Shown here piece after piece: positions 19,421 through 27,762 of a DNA stretch of 28,737 bases. Under the pieces are notes generated by a model. The model searched no databases, had not been told where the DNA came from, and worked only from the letters and a program-made list of their open reading frames with translations. The position numbers and the translations under genes were made by a program. The stretch's first letter is position 1. Every line of letters starts with the position of its first letter. The DNA is from Gemmatimonadota bacterium (lineage in GTDB: Bacteria > Gemmatimonadota > Gemmatimonadetes > Palauibacterales > Palauibacteraceae), in contig JARFPW010000325.1 of the NCBI GenBank assembly GCA_029288095.1, positions 1-28,737 of the forward strand, in the 5' to 3' direction.

Positions 19421-20138
19421 GTTCGGGCGCCTGGTCGGCTGGGTTGTTGACGTGCAGAACGACTTCATGCGCCCGCCTTCCGAGGGCGGGAGACTCTACG
19501 TTTCCGACCTGACTGATCCGACGGACGCCGGTGCCGTCAACGCGCAGCAGACGATAGAGCGTGCCGTCGCCTGGATGCGCGAGCATTGTGACGCCGTTGT
19601 GTTCTCGGCCGATTGGCACGGGCCGGACGACGCGGAGATTGATGCTATCGCTCCCGATCCCGCTGCGGGTACGTACCCGCCGCACTGCATGGGCCGGTCG
19701 GACGATCCTGACACCGCAGAAGGCGCTGAAATCCTCGCGTCCATCAAGCCCGAGAATCCGCTTGTGCTCGACATTCCAGCCGACGAGGACCAGGAAGAGA
19801 CAGCCCGTCTCGCCGTCGCTCATCGTCGCCCTGTGGTCATTCGCAAGAACCGGTTCGATGTGTTTGCCGGTAATGCGGCGACCGAGGCGTTCGTCCGCGC
19901 GCTGGCCGGACAGCTGGGCGGCGATCCACTGTTCGTGGTCGTTGGCGTATCACGCGACGTGTGCGTGACTCGGGCCGTTGACGGCCTGCAGCAGCGCGGG
20001 TATCGGACGCTCGCGCTCAGCGATGCGACTTGGGGGCTCGGCCTTGAAACCGAGGCGGACACCCTCGACAGATGGCGCCTGGGAGGACTGGTAGCGACCC
20101 TCGAAGAGCTGGTCGGAGCGGCTTCGGACGAGACATGA
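19398..20138 (+). CDS. pncA: Nicotinamidase / isochorismatase-family cysteine hydrolase
   Basis: VDVQNDF, ADWH, YPPHC, RKNRFDVF, GVSRDVCV (D-K-C triad plus metal ligands). Confidence 0.78.
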   Translation: MRGTRLTEFGRLVGWVVDVQNDFMRPPSEGGRLYVSDLTDPTDAGAVNAQQTIERAVAWMREHCDAVVFSADWHGPDDAEIDAIAPDPAAGTYPPHCMGRSDDPDTAEGAEILASIKPENPLVLDIPADEDQEETARLAVAHRRPVVIRKNRFDVFAGNAATEAFVRALAGQLGGDPLFVVVGVSRDVCVTRAVDGLQQRGYRTLALSDATWGLGLETEADTLDRWRLGGLVATLEELVGAASDET

Positions 20139-21019
20139 AGGTTTCGGGGTTCTCGTTCTGCCGTAACGCGGTCCGCCTGTACTATCCGATCGAGGAGTCC
20201 ATTCGCTCGGCCCTGTCCATCGTCGATGAGTACGTCATCGCGGTTGGCGAAGGCGACGACTCGACCCGATCGGTCATCGAATCGATCGGTGATCCGAAGA
20301 TCCGCATCATCGACACGCAGTGGGACGAGAGCCGGTTCGTGCGCGGCCAGACCAACTCCGAGCAGACCAACATCGCGCTTGACGCATGCGACGGTGACTG
20401 GTGCCTGTATCTTCAGGCCGACGAGGTCCTGCACGAGGACGATCATCCGGCGATTCTAGCGGCCATGCGCCGGTCCGCAGGCCGGCCCGAAGTCGAAGGC
20501 CTGCTGTTCGATTATCTGCACTTCTGGGCGACGTACGGTCACGTCCAGCGGGCCAGAAACTGGTACCGGCACGAGGTACGCGTCGTGCGAGGTGGGATCG
20601 GGGCACGCTCGTGGACCGATGCCCAGGGATTCCGAATCGGGAACCGGAAGCTCAGGGTCGTACGGAGTGGGGCGCGCATCTTCCATTACGGCTGGGTGCG
20701 CCCGCCGCGGCTGATGAATCAAAAGACGATTGCGCTCGCCACGCTGTATTACGGTCCCGAGGGAGCGAAGAAACGCCACCCCGATGCGGGCGAGCCCTTC
20801 GATTACGGCCCCCTGACACACCTCGAACCGTTTGCGGGCACGCATCCGGGAGTGATGGCACAGCGCATACGTGACCGCGATTGGGAGTTGCCGGACCCCG
20901 GGCCGCAGGGCATGGCCCACGAGCACAATCGGTGGTGGAGCCGGGCGCTGGGATGGGTCGAACGTAACATTCTCCGGACGCGGCTCGGCGAGTACCGGAA
21001 CTACGAACTCATCGACTGA
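20135..21019 (+). CDS. Glycosyltransferase family 2
   Basis: MKVSGFSFCRNA, YLQADEVLHE, IFHYGWVR; ATGA overlap with pncA. Confidence 0.82.
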   Translation: MKVSGFSFCRNAVRLYYPIEESIRSALSIVDEYVIAVGEGDDSTRSVIESIGDPKIRIIDTQWDESRFVRGQTNSEQTNIALDACDGDWCLYLQADEVLHEDDHPAILAAMRRSAGRPEVEGLLFDYLHFWATYGHVQRARNWYRHEVRVVRGGIGARSWTDAQGFRIGNRKLRVVRSGARIFHYGWVRPPRLMNQKTIALATLYYGPEGAKKRHPDAGEPFDYGPLTHLEPFAGTHPGVMAQRIRDRDWELPDPGPQGMAHEHNRWWSRALGWVERNILRTRLGEYRNYELID

Positions 21020-21029
21020 GGGGAGTATC

Positions 21030-21284
21030 ATGACGACGGATCTGCAACGTGTCCCCTGGGTTGGTCCGAGCACGGAGCGGGCTCTACTCGAAGTCGGCGT
21101 CAACCGGATCGCCGACCTGCGGTCGCAGCAGCCCGACGAGTTGTATGATCGATTGTGTGATGTGCGCGGCGAGCGGATAGATCCCTGCGTGAAGTACGTG
21201 TTCCGGTGCGCGGTCTACTGGGCCACGACCCCGGATCCGGATGCTGATCTCCTGAAGTGGTGGAACTGGAAGGACCGAGCCTGA
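21030..21284 (+). CDS. Small helix-hairpin-helix protein (Cdd1/TfoX-C-like)
   Basis: DLQRVPWVGP HhH-like start, DPCVKYVFRCAV, KWWNWKD; GGGGAG RBS. Confidence 0.7.
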   Translation: MTTDLQRVPWVGPSTERALLEVGVNRIADLRSQQPDELYDRLCDVRGERIDPCVKYVFRCAVYWATTPDPDADLLKWWNWKDRA

Positions 21285-21286
21285 AC

Positions 21287-22051
21287 ATGCGTCGCCCCCT
21301 CGTCGTGGCCAACTGGAAGATGAACATCGGCCGCGCCGACGAGGCGCTTGACCTCGTGCGCCGCCTTCGCCCATCGCTCAGCCGGCTCGACAAAACCGAC
21401 ATTGTCGTCTGCCCGCCGTTCACCGTCCTGGTCCCGTTGGCCGAGGTGCTGGCGTCGTCGCCCATAGCGCTCGGCGCCCAGAACGTGCACGCGGCGGCTG
21501 CGGGAGCCCATACGGGAGAAGTGTCGCCGTCGATGCTCACCGGCCTGTGTGAGTACGCAATCGTCGGCCACTCGGAGCGGCGCGCCGCTGGTGAGACGGA
21601 CTCTGACGTGAACGCCAAGGTCCTGGCCTGCGTCGAGCACTCGCTGAGGCCGATCGTCTGCGTGGGCGAGAACCTGGCTGAACAGGAGGCCGGAGACACC
21701 GATGCGATCGTAGCCGGGCAGGTCGCACGTGCGCTGGAGGGGCTGTCCCCGGAGCAGGTGGAGGTCTGTGTCGTCGCTTACGAGCCAATCTGGGCGATCG
21801 GGAGTGGGCGGGCAGCGACTCCGGCGGCTGCCAACCGCACGATGGGCCTGGCCGTCCGCGGGAGCCTCGCCAACCAGTTCGGCGAGAGCTCGGCACAAGC
21901 CGTCCGGGTCCTGTACGGCGGTAGCGTAACATCTTCCGGGATAAGCGGTTTCATGGCCATGCCCGAGATCGACGGAGCGCTCGTCGGTGGGGCGAGTCTA
22001 ACATCCGAGTTCGCCGACCTGGTACGCCTGGCTGACGATTCGACCATGTGA
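21287..22051 (+). CDS. tpiA: Triosephosphate isomerase
   Basis: ANWKMN, VGHSERR, AYEPIWAIG, LYGGSV, GALVGGASL. Confidence 0.96.
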   Translation: MRRPLVVANWKMNIGRADEALDLVRRLRPSLSRLDKTDIVVCPPFTVLVPLAEVLASSPIALGAQNVHAAAAGAHTGEVSPSMLTGLCEYAIVGHSERRAAGETDSDVNAKVLACVEHSLRPIVCVGENLAEQEAGDTDAIVAGQVARALEGLSPEQVEVCVVAYEPIWAIGSGRAATPAAANRTMGLAVRGSLANQFGESSAQAVRVLYGGSVTSSGISGFMAMPEIDGALVGGASLTSEFADLVRLADDSTM

Positions 22052-22109
22052 ATCGGTGATTTGACCGAACGATCCACCAAGTCAAGCGCGTTGTGCCGCA
22101 GCGCCGGGG

Positions 22110-22382
22110 TCAGGGGCCGATCAGCACGTCGTCTATGACTCCGACGATCACGGCCCGGATGGCCCCAGGGTCAAGATCGAGGACCTGGCGCGCCCCATTG
22201 CCCTCGTCAAGCACGAGAACCGTATCGCCGGGACCCGCCTTCGCCTGATCCACGGCGATGTCGTATTGCTCGGTCGTGTCACCCGCGAGGTCCAGACGTT
22301 CGACGAGCAGGAGCCGGCGACCTTCGAGATGACCAATCCTGATGGTTGCCACGACGGATCCGGTAACTCGGCCGACGTACAT
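22110..22382 (-). CDS. BMC vertex protein (BMC-P, EutN/CcmL family)
   Basis: MYVGRVTGSVVAT, AGPGDTVLV, AVIVGVID. Confidence 0.9.
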   Translation of the reverse strand: MYVGRVTGSVVATIRIGHLEGRRLLLVERLDLAGDTTEQYDIAVDQAKAGPGDTVLVLDEGNGARQVLDLDPGAIRAVIVGVIDDVLIGP

Positions 22383-22384
22383 GG

Positions 22385-22657
22385 TCAGGCGTACCGGTGG
22401 ACGTCGTCGATGATGCCGGTGATCGAGAGATCGACAGGCACGAATACGTCCGGTAGCGCCTGAGCGGCCTCCCGGCTTCCCACTACGAACACCAGCGAGC
22501 CCGGTCCCGCCTGAGCGGTGGCATCGGCGGCGACCTCGGGCTGCCCGCGGTCGGTCAACTGCTTGTCGAGGTGCTGGACCACCAGCAGCTTCACGCCTTC
22601 AAGCCCCGGGTACTTCTGGCTGGCGACCACCGTGCCGATCACCCTGGCGAACTTCAT
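22385..22657 (-). CDS. BMC vertex protein (BMC-P, EutN/CcmL family)
   Basis: MKFARVIGTVVAS, QAGPG, SREAA, ITGIID; GGAGG RBS; ATGA overlap with BMC-T. Confidence 0.9.
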   Translation of the reverse strand: MKFARVIGTVVASQKYPGLEGVKLLVVQHLDKQLTDRGQPEVAADATAQAGPGSLVFVVGSREAAQALPDVFVPVDLSITGIIDDVHRYA

Positions 22658-23244
22658 TTCGCCTCCACGGCTCGTCGGCTGAATGGCGTGGCGGCCGAGA
22701 GATTGTCCCACATCTCGGTGTGGAGTTGGGGAATCACCACGCGCCTTACGAGCAGGTCGGGTCGATCAAGCGCGCCCGTTCCACTCTCGACGGCGATCTC
22801 TACGTCCGCTACCACGCCCGAATAGAACACGATCCCCTTGCCGCCGAGCCCGTCGGCCAGCCGGACCTCGACCAGACGCACCTGCGCGCTCTTGAGGCCC
22901 GCGTCCGCTGCCTGAATCGCCGCTGCGGCCGTCATCGTCTCCACGACGCCGATGGCGTCTCGCGGATCGGGGACACGGCTCCCGGTGATCGCCTCGACGA
23001 CGCCCGGATGGACGTTCGGCAGGAAGACATGGTCGAGAACCGCAGAGCCGCCGACCTCACGCCCCGCGGAAAGCGACTCTTCGACGTCAGCCACCGCGCC
23101 GCCGATGAGCACGAGATAGCGCCCTGGCTGCACGGTACCAGCCCGGATCGTGTCGATCGGCGCCCGCTTGACCATGGCGTCAGCCGCCTGGATACCAGAC
23201 GCGATGCTCGAGAAGTCGACGAGGGCGAGGGCGGGTTCAATCAT
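22654..23244 (-). CDS. Tandem-domain BMC shell protein (BMC-T, PduT-like)
   Basis: Two BMC domains: SIASGIQAADAMVK and AAAAIQAADAGLK; LADGLGGKG. Confidence 0.88.
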   Translation of the reverse strand: MIEPALALVDFSSIASGIQAADAMVKRAPIDTIRAGTVQPGRYLVLIGGAVADVEESLSAGREVGGSAVLDHVFLPNVHPGVVEAITGSRVPDPRDAIGVVETMTAAAAIQAADAGLKSAQVRLVEVRLADGLGGKGIVFYSGVVADVEIAVESGTGALDRPDLLVRRVVIPQLHTEMWDNLSAATPFSRRAVEAK

Positions 23245-23277
23245 GTCCGGCGATGCCCGCAGTTGGTCGAAGCATTC

Positions 23278-24744
23278 TCAGACGATCCGGAAGTAGTCCT
23301 TGAGGACACAACGCCGGATGCGGCTGAAGCTGATCGGACTGGTCACGCCCTCTCCGGTCGGGCTCGCGATCGTGAACGAGCAGTGACCCTCGCCGCCATA
23401 CCCGAGACCGTCGAATGACGAACCGTTCTTAACGAAAATGCTGCAGTCCATGACCCGCGCCATGCGGCTCAGGTTGTCCAGGTTCTTGGAGTGCATGACC
23501 GCCGTGTGGCGGAACCCGTGCTCGGCGACCTTCCCTAGATCGATTCCCTCGTTGGCGTCACGTACCCGGACAATGGGATGAATCGGCATCATCTGCTCGG
23601 AGAACACGAGCTGATCATCCTTCTCGACTTCGGCGAGGATGAGGCGGACCTCGTCTCCCGCATCGATACCTATGGCCTTGAGGAGCACGTTGGCATTCTT
23701 GCCGATGAACTCACGGTTCATCACTCCGTGCCGTCCGCGGGGCGGGATTTCGGTAAATATCGAGGCCTTCAGCTGTTCGATCTGTGCCGCGTCGATCTCG
23801 AACGCGCCGTTGGCGCACATCGCCCGCTTGAGGTCATCGGCAATCGACGCGACGGCGAACGTCTCCTTCTCATCGGTGCAGATGATGTTGTTGTCGAACG
23901 AAGCTCCCCGGACGATGTCGCGGCCCGCTTTTTCCAGGTCGGCGGTCTCGTCGACGACCACGGGAGGATTCCCCGGGCCCGCACAGATTGCCCGCTTTCC
24001 GCTCGCCATCGCGGCCTTCACGACGCCGGCGCCACCCGTGACGGTCAGGATGTTGACTCCCTTGTGACCCATGAGAGCCGTAGCGGATTCGATAGTCGGC
24101 TCGGCGATCGCCGTTACGAGATTGGCGGGCCCACCAGCCTCGACGATCGCATCGTTAACGAGTTGAACTGCCATGTTGGAGCTGCTTTTGGCCCCCGGGT
24201 GGGCATTGAACACGATGGCGTTTCCGGCCGAGACCATGCAGATCGTGTTTGAGACCACCGTCGAGATCGGATTCGTACTCGGGATGATGGATCCGATCAA
24301 ACCGTATGGCGCATACTCCACGACGGTCAGCCCCCCGTCGCCCGTCCAGGCCGTCGAGGTCAGGTACTCCGTGCCGGGAGATTTGTCGGCGTTCAGAAGG
24401 ATCTTCTCGATCTTGTCTTCATAGCGGCCCATCCCGCTTTCCTGCCACGCTTCGTATGCCAGCGGCTGGGAATTCTCTCGCATCGCGCGCCGGATATGGG
24501 CAACCATCTTTTCCCTGATCGACAACGGCAGATCCTGGAGCTGACGGAATGCCTTGCGAGCGGCTTCGACCGCGGAGTCCACATCCGGAAACAGATTGTC
24601 CCCGTGGCGTGGTGACGCGGACGGCGCCGGCGGCTTCACGTCGACCACCGGTTCCGGTCTCGGCCCGTGTGCCCCGGCGTCGGGATGATGCAGCTCGGAC
24701 ATCACCCGGTCGATCACCGCCTGGATCTGAGTGTCGTCGATCAT
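23278..24744 (-). CDS. CoA-acylating aldehyde dehydrogenase (EutE/PduP family) with N-terminal encapsulation peptide
   Basis: [28 protein letters not shown] (catalytic Cys), [14 protein letters not shown]. Confidence 0.92.
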   Translation of the reverse strand: MIDDTQIQAVIDRVMSELHHPDAGAHGPRPEPVVDVKPPAPSASPRHGDNLFPDVDSAVEAARKAFRQLQDLPLSIREKMVAHIRRAMRENSQPLAYEAWQESGMGRYEDKIEKILLNADKSPGTEYLTSTAWTGDGGLTVVEYAPYGLIGSIIPSTNPISTVVSNTICMVSAGNAIVFNAHPGAKSSSNMAVQLVNDAIVEAGGPANLVTAIAEPTIESATALMGHKGVNILTVTGGAGVVKAAMASGKRAICAGPGNPPVVVDETADLEKAGRDIVRGASFDNNIICTDEKETFAVASIADDLKRAMCANGAFEIDAAQIEQLKASIFTEIPPRGRHGVMNREFIGKNANVLLKAIGIDAGDEVRLILAEVEKDDQLVFSEQMMPIHPIVRVRDANEGIDLGKVAEHGFRHTAVMHSKNLDNLSRMARVMDCSIFVKNGSSFDGLGYGGEGHCSFTIASPTGEGVTSPISFSRIRRCVLKDYFRIV

Positions 24745-25043
24745 CCGCTATCTCCCGCCTTGTCGAACGTCACACGCCCGTTGATCTCCACGGTGTCGAC
24801 GATCGCCATGACGACGCCGTCGCACGGACGGTTCTCCGTCACCCTGGTCTGGCGAGCCGAACTTCCCGTGGCGTACAGCACGACCTCACCCAGACCCGCG
24901 CCCACCGCGTCGGCCGCGACGATGCTGGCTCCGGTCTCTTTTCCATCCACGTCGAGCTGCTTCAGGAGAAGAAACTTCAAGCCCTCCAGGGACGGCTCCT
25001 TCTGTGTGGCTACGACCGTCCCGACGACCCTTGCTACGAGCAT
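24741..25043 (-). CDS. BMC vertex protein (BMC-P, EutN/CcmL family)
   Basis: [31 protein letters not shown]; ATGA overlap with AldDH. Confidence 0.93.
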   Translation of the reverse strand: MLVARVVGTVVATQKEPSLEGLKFLLLKQLDVDGKETGASIVAADAVGAGLGEVVLYATGSSARQTRVTENRPCDGVVMAIVDTVEINGRVTFDKAGDSG

Positions 25044-25062
25044 CGGTAGCTCCCCGGCCTGT

Positions 25063-25380
25063 CTATTTCTTGGCCGTCTTGGTGACTTCTCGGGTGACCG
25101 GCAGTGTCCCCTCGACGTTGGCATGCGGCCGCGGGATGACATGAATGGCCACGAGCTCTCCAACCTTCTCGGCTCCCCGGGCACCTGCGTCCACAGCGGC
25201 CTTGACTGCGGCGACGTCGCCCCGGACCACCGCCGTCACGTATCCGCCACCTGTCTTCTCATACGCCACCAGCTCAACCCGGGCTGCCTTGACCATCGCG
25301 TCTGCCGCCTCGACCATCGCCGCATAGCTCCGGGTCTCGATCATCCCCAGGGCTTCGATCGCGCCATACTCTTCTGCCAT
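25063..25380 (-). CDS. BMC hexamer shell protein (BMC-H)
   Basis: [37 protein letters not shown]; GGAGG RBS. Confidence 0.96.
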   Translation of the reverse strand: MAEEYGAIEALGMIETRSYAAMVEAADAMVKAARVELVAYEKTGGGYVTAVVRGDVAAVKAAVDAGARGAEKVGELVAIHVIPRPHANVEGTLPVTREVTKTAKK

Positions 25381-25472
25381 TGTGTCCTCCCGTGGACATG
25401 GGTAGCGCGGCTGCACCGCGCCGTTCTGACTTCATCAACCGATTGTGCTCCTCGATCCCTGCAACTACGACG

Positions 25473-26120
25473 TCATGCCTTCCTCTTGGCCTCCATTTCG
25501 CGTCCCTCGATTCCTTCGATCGCCGCCACGGCCGCCCCGTAGCCAGCCATGATGTCGCGCTCTTCACCGCCCAGATACACGCGGCCGAAACTGCCGAACG
25601 AACGCACTTCGAGGATATTCAGATCAGCGGCCTTCTCGGCCTCGTTCGCTGCGAGGGCGGCGTATCCGGCAGGCTCCACCTCGAGCACGTACAGGGTCTG
25701 CCCGGCCAGCAGCATGTGCCCGTAGCGCATCCGGTTGACCAGCTGAACCTGGTGCGCGTCCACGTTGCGGATGATCTGACTCGAGACCACGCGGGGCTTG
25801 ATGCGCTGCGACTCGTCCACTCCGAGTGCCTGCAGGATGGCCGCGCCGGCCGCTCGAACTTCCGCCTGTACCTCGTGATGCACTTCGAGTAAACCGAACA
25901 ATCGTTCAACGACCTGCATGCCGGGGCGTACGCGCGTCGATTTGAGTGCGATATCCGTAATGCGGTTGATCTCGATGCCTGGTGAGATCTCGACCCAAAG
26001 GGACGTGTCCCCGGGCAGCGGCAGGAATCCCCGGGCTACCGTGCCGAGATAGGCCGCGTGCTGCGGCTGGAGGCTGTCCAGAAATGCGTACGTCCGGAGG
26101 TCAACGAGCTTCTGCGTCAT
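25473..26120 (-). CDS. Permuted tandem BMC shell protein (BMC-T dp, CcmP/CsoS1D-like)
   Basis: [43 protein letters not shown]. Confidence 0.9.
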   Translation of the reverse strand: MTQKLVDLRTYAFLDSLQPQHAAYLGTVARGFLPLPGDTSLWVEISPGIEINRITDIALKSTRVRPGMQVVERLFGLLEVHHEVQAEVRAAGAAILQALGVDESQRIKPRVVSSQIIRNVDAHQVQLVNRMRYGHMLLAGQTLYVLEVEPAGYAALAANEAEKAADLNILEVRSFGSFGRVYLGGEERDIMAGYGAAVAAIEGIEGREMEAKRKA

Positions 26121-26122
26121 GG

Positions 26123-26983
26123 CTAGACTCCCTGAATGATCTTAACGCTCGCACTCGCGCCGATTCGGCTGGCGCCAGCGGCAATCATCTTCTGCGCATC
26201 GGCAAACGTGCGGATTCCGCCCGAAGCCTTCACTCCCAAACCGGGCCCGACTACACGTCGCATCAGCGCGACGTCTTCCGCTGTCGCCCCACCGGGTCCG
26301 AAGCCGGTAGACGTCTTGACGAAGTCTCCGCCGGAGACCTTCACGAGCTGGCAGGCGGCGACCTTCTCTTCGTCAGTGAGGAGGACGGCTTCGATAATGA
26401 CCTTGAGAATCGCGCCGCCCGCGTGGCATGCTCGGGCGACGGACGCGACGTCACGTTGAACGAGTTCGTAGTCCCTCGACTTGAGGGCTCCGACGTTGAT
26501 CACCATGTCCACCTCGGTGGCTCCGTCGCGAATCGCCTTCTGGGCCTCGAACACCTTGGTTTCGGTGGAGGTGGCGCCCAGTGGGAAGCCCACGACCGTG
26601 CAGACACGCACCTGGGACTCCTTCAGCAGGTCGGCACACAACTTCACGTGCGACGGGTTCACGCACACCGATGCGAAATCGCATTTCTTGGCCTCGTAGC
26701 ACAACTGCGCGACCTGGTCCTGCGTAGCATCCGGCTTGAGCAGCGTATGATCGATCATGTGACTCAAGCTGCCGTCCGTCGGAGCAACGCCGAGCGTGCT
26801 CGCGATGCGGTCGGCGCCGGCCCTGACGACAGGTTGCACCCGATCGGTGTAGTTCTGCGCGGAGAGAGCGGCTCCATTCCCGCCCGCGCCGGGTCCGGGG
26901 ATCTTGCCCTGGCCCACGAGGACCAACACCTCGTGGGTGATCTGCTCGATGATGCTCTCGAGTGCCACCTCGTCGTACGTCAT
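26123..26983 (-). CDS. deoC: Deoxyribose-phosphate aldolase (DERA) with ~75-aa N-terminal extension
   Basis: [41 protein letters not shown]; ATGA overlap with rpiB stop. Confidence 0.95.
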   Translation of the reverse strand: MTYDEVALESIIEQITHEVLVLVGQGKIPGPGAGGNGAALSAQNYTDRVQPVVRAGADRIASTLGVAPTDGSLSHMIDHTLLKPDATQDQVAQLCYEAKKCDFASVCVNPSHVKLCADLLKESQVRVCTVVGFPLGATSTETKVFEAQKAIRDGATEVDMVINVGALKSRDYELVQRDVASVARACHAGGAILKVIIEAVLLTDEEKVAACQLVKVSGGDFVKTSTGFGPGGATAEDVALMRRVVGPGLGVKASGGIRTFADAQKMIAAGASRIGASASVKIIQGV

Positions 26984-27762
26984 TTTCGGAGGTACCTCTG
27001 CTCGATGTCCATGATCTTCTTGACGCGTCTCTCGTGTCGGCCGCTCCCCGCCGCTGTCCCCAGCCAGGTCTTCACGATCTGTCGACCCAACTGTGCCCCG
27101 ATCAGCCCGGCGCCGAGGGTCAAGACGTTCGAGTGATTGTGCTCCCGGCTGTTCACCGCGGTGGCCTCGTCGTAGCACATGGCAGCGCGGACGCCCGGCA
27201 CTTTGTTGGCGGCCATGCACGACCCGATTCCTGCGCCATCCACGAGAATCGCTCGCCAGGCCTGTCCCTGGGCCACGAGCTGCGCCGCTGCAAACGCAAA
27301 GTCGGGATAGTCGACGGACTCATTGCCATGAGTGCCGCAGTCAACGACCTCGTATCCCAACTCTCCCACGTACTCCTTGAGCATCTCCTTCAACTCGTAG
27401 CCGCCATGATCCGCTCCGAGGGCCACGACCTCGCTGGCCGGTCGAGTCGTCCGTGGACGCCCTAACGAAACGTCTGAGCTGATCCCCGGGACGACCCGAC
27501 CTGCGTCCCCCTCCGCTCGTACCAGCGAGATACTCCTCTCGGTCGCGGCCTGCTGTGCCAGCGGCGAGACGAGTCCTCCGGCCGGGACGGTGAAAGACCC
27601 GCCGGGGGAAACACCGACCAGGTCGTCTTCAGTAACGAGCCGACTCCGCGAGGCGGCAGCGACGGTTGGTGCCCCAGGCCCCGCGGTACGCAGGACGACG
27701 CGTCGCACCATGTCGCGGATCTTCTGTTCATCCGAGGCGGACACGCTGATACGGTCGTTCAT
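26980..27762 (-). CDS. rpiB: RpiB-family sugar-phosphate isomerase with ~111-aa N-terminal extension
   Basis: [34 protein letters not shown]; TGATG overlap with TetR stop. Confidence 0.88.
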   Translation of the reverse strand: MNDRISVSASDEQKIRDMVRRVVLRTAGPGAPTVAAASRSRLVTEDDLVGVSPGGSFTVPAGGLVSPLAQQAATERSISLVRAEGDAGRVVPGISSDVSLGRPRTTRPASEVVALGADHGGYELKEMLKEYVGELGYEVVDCGTHGNESVDYPDFAFAAAQLVAQGQAWRAILVDGAGIGSCMAANKVPGVRAAMCYDEATAVNSREHNHSNVLTLGAGLIGAQLGRQIVKTWLGTAAGSGRHERRVKKIMDIEQRYLRK

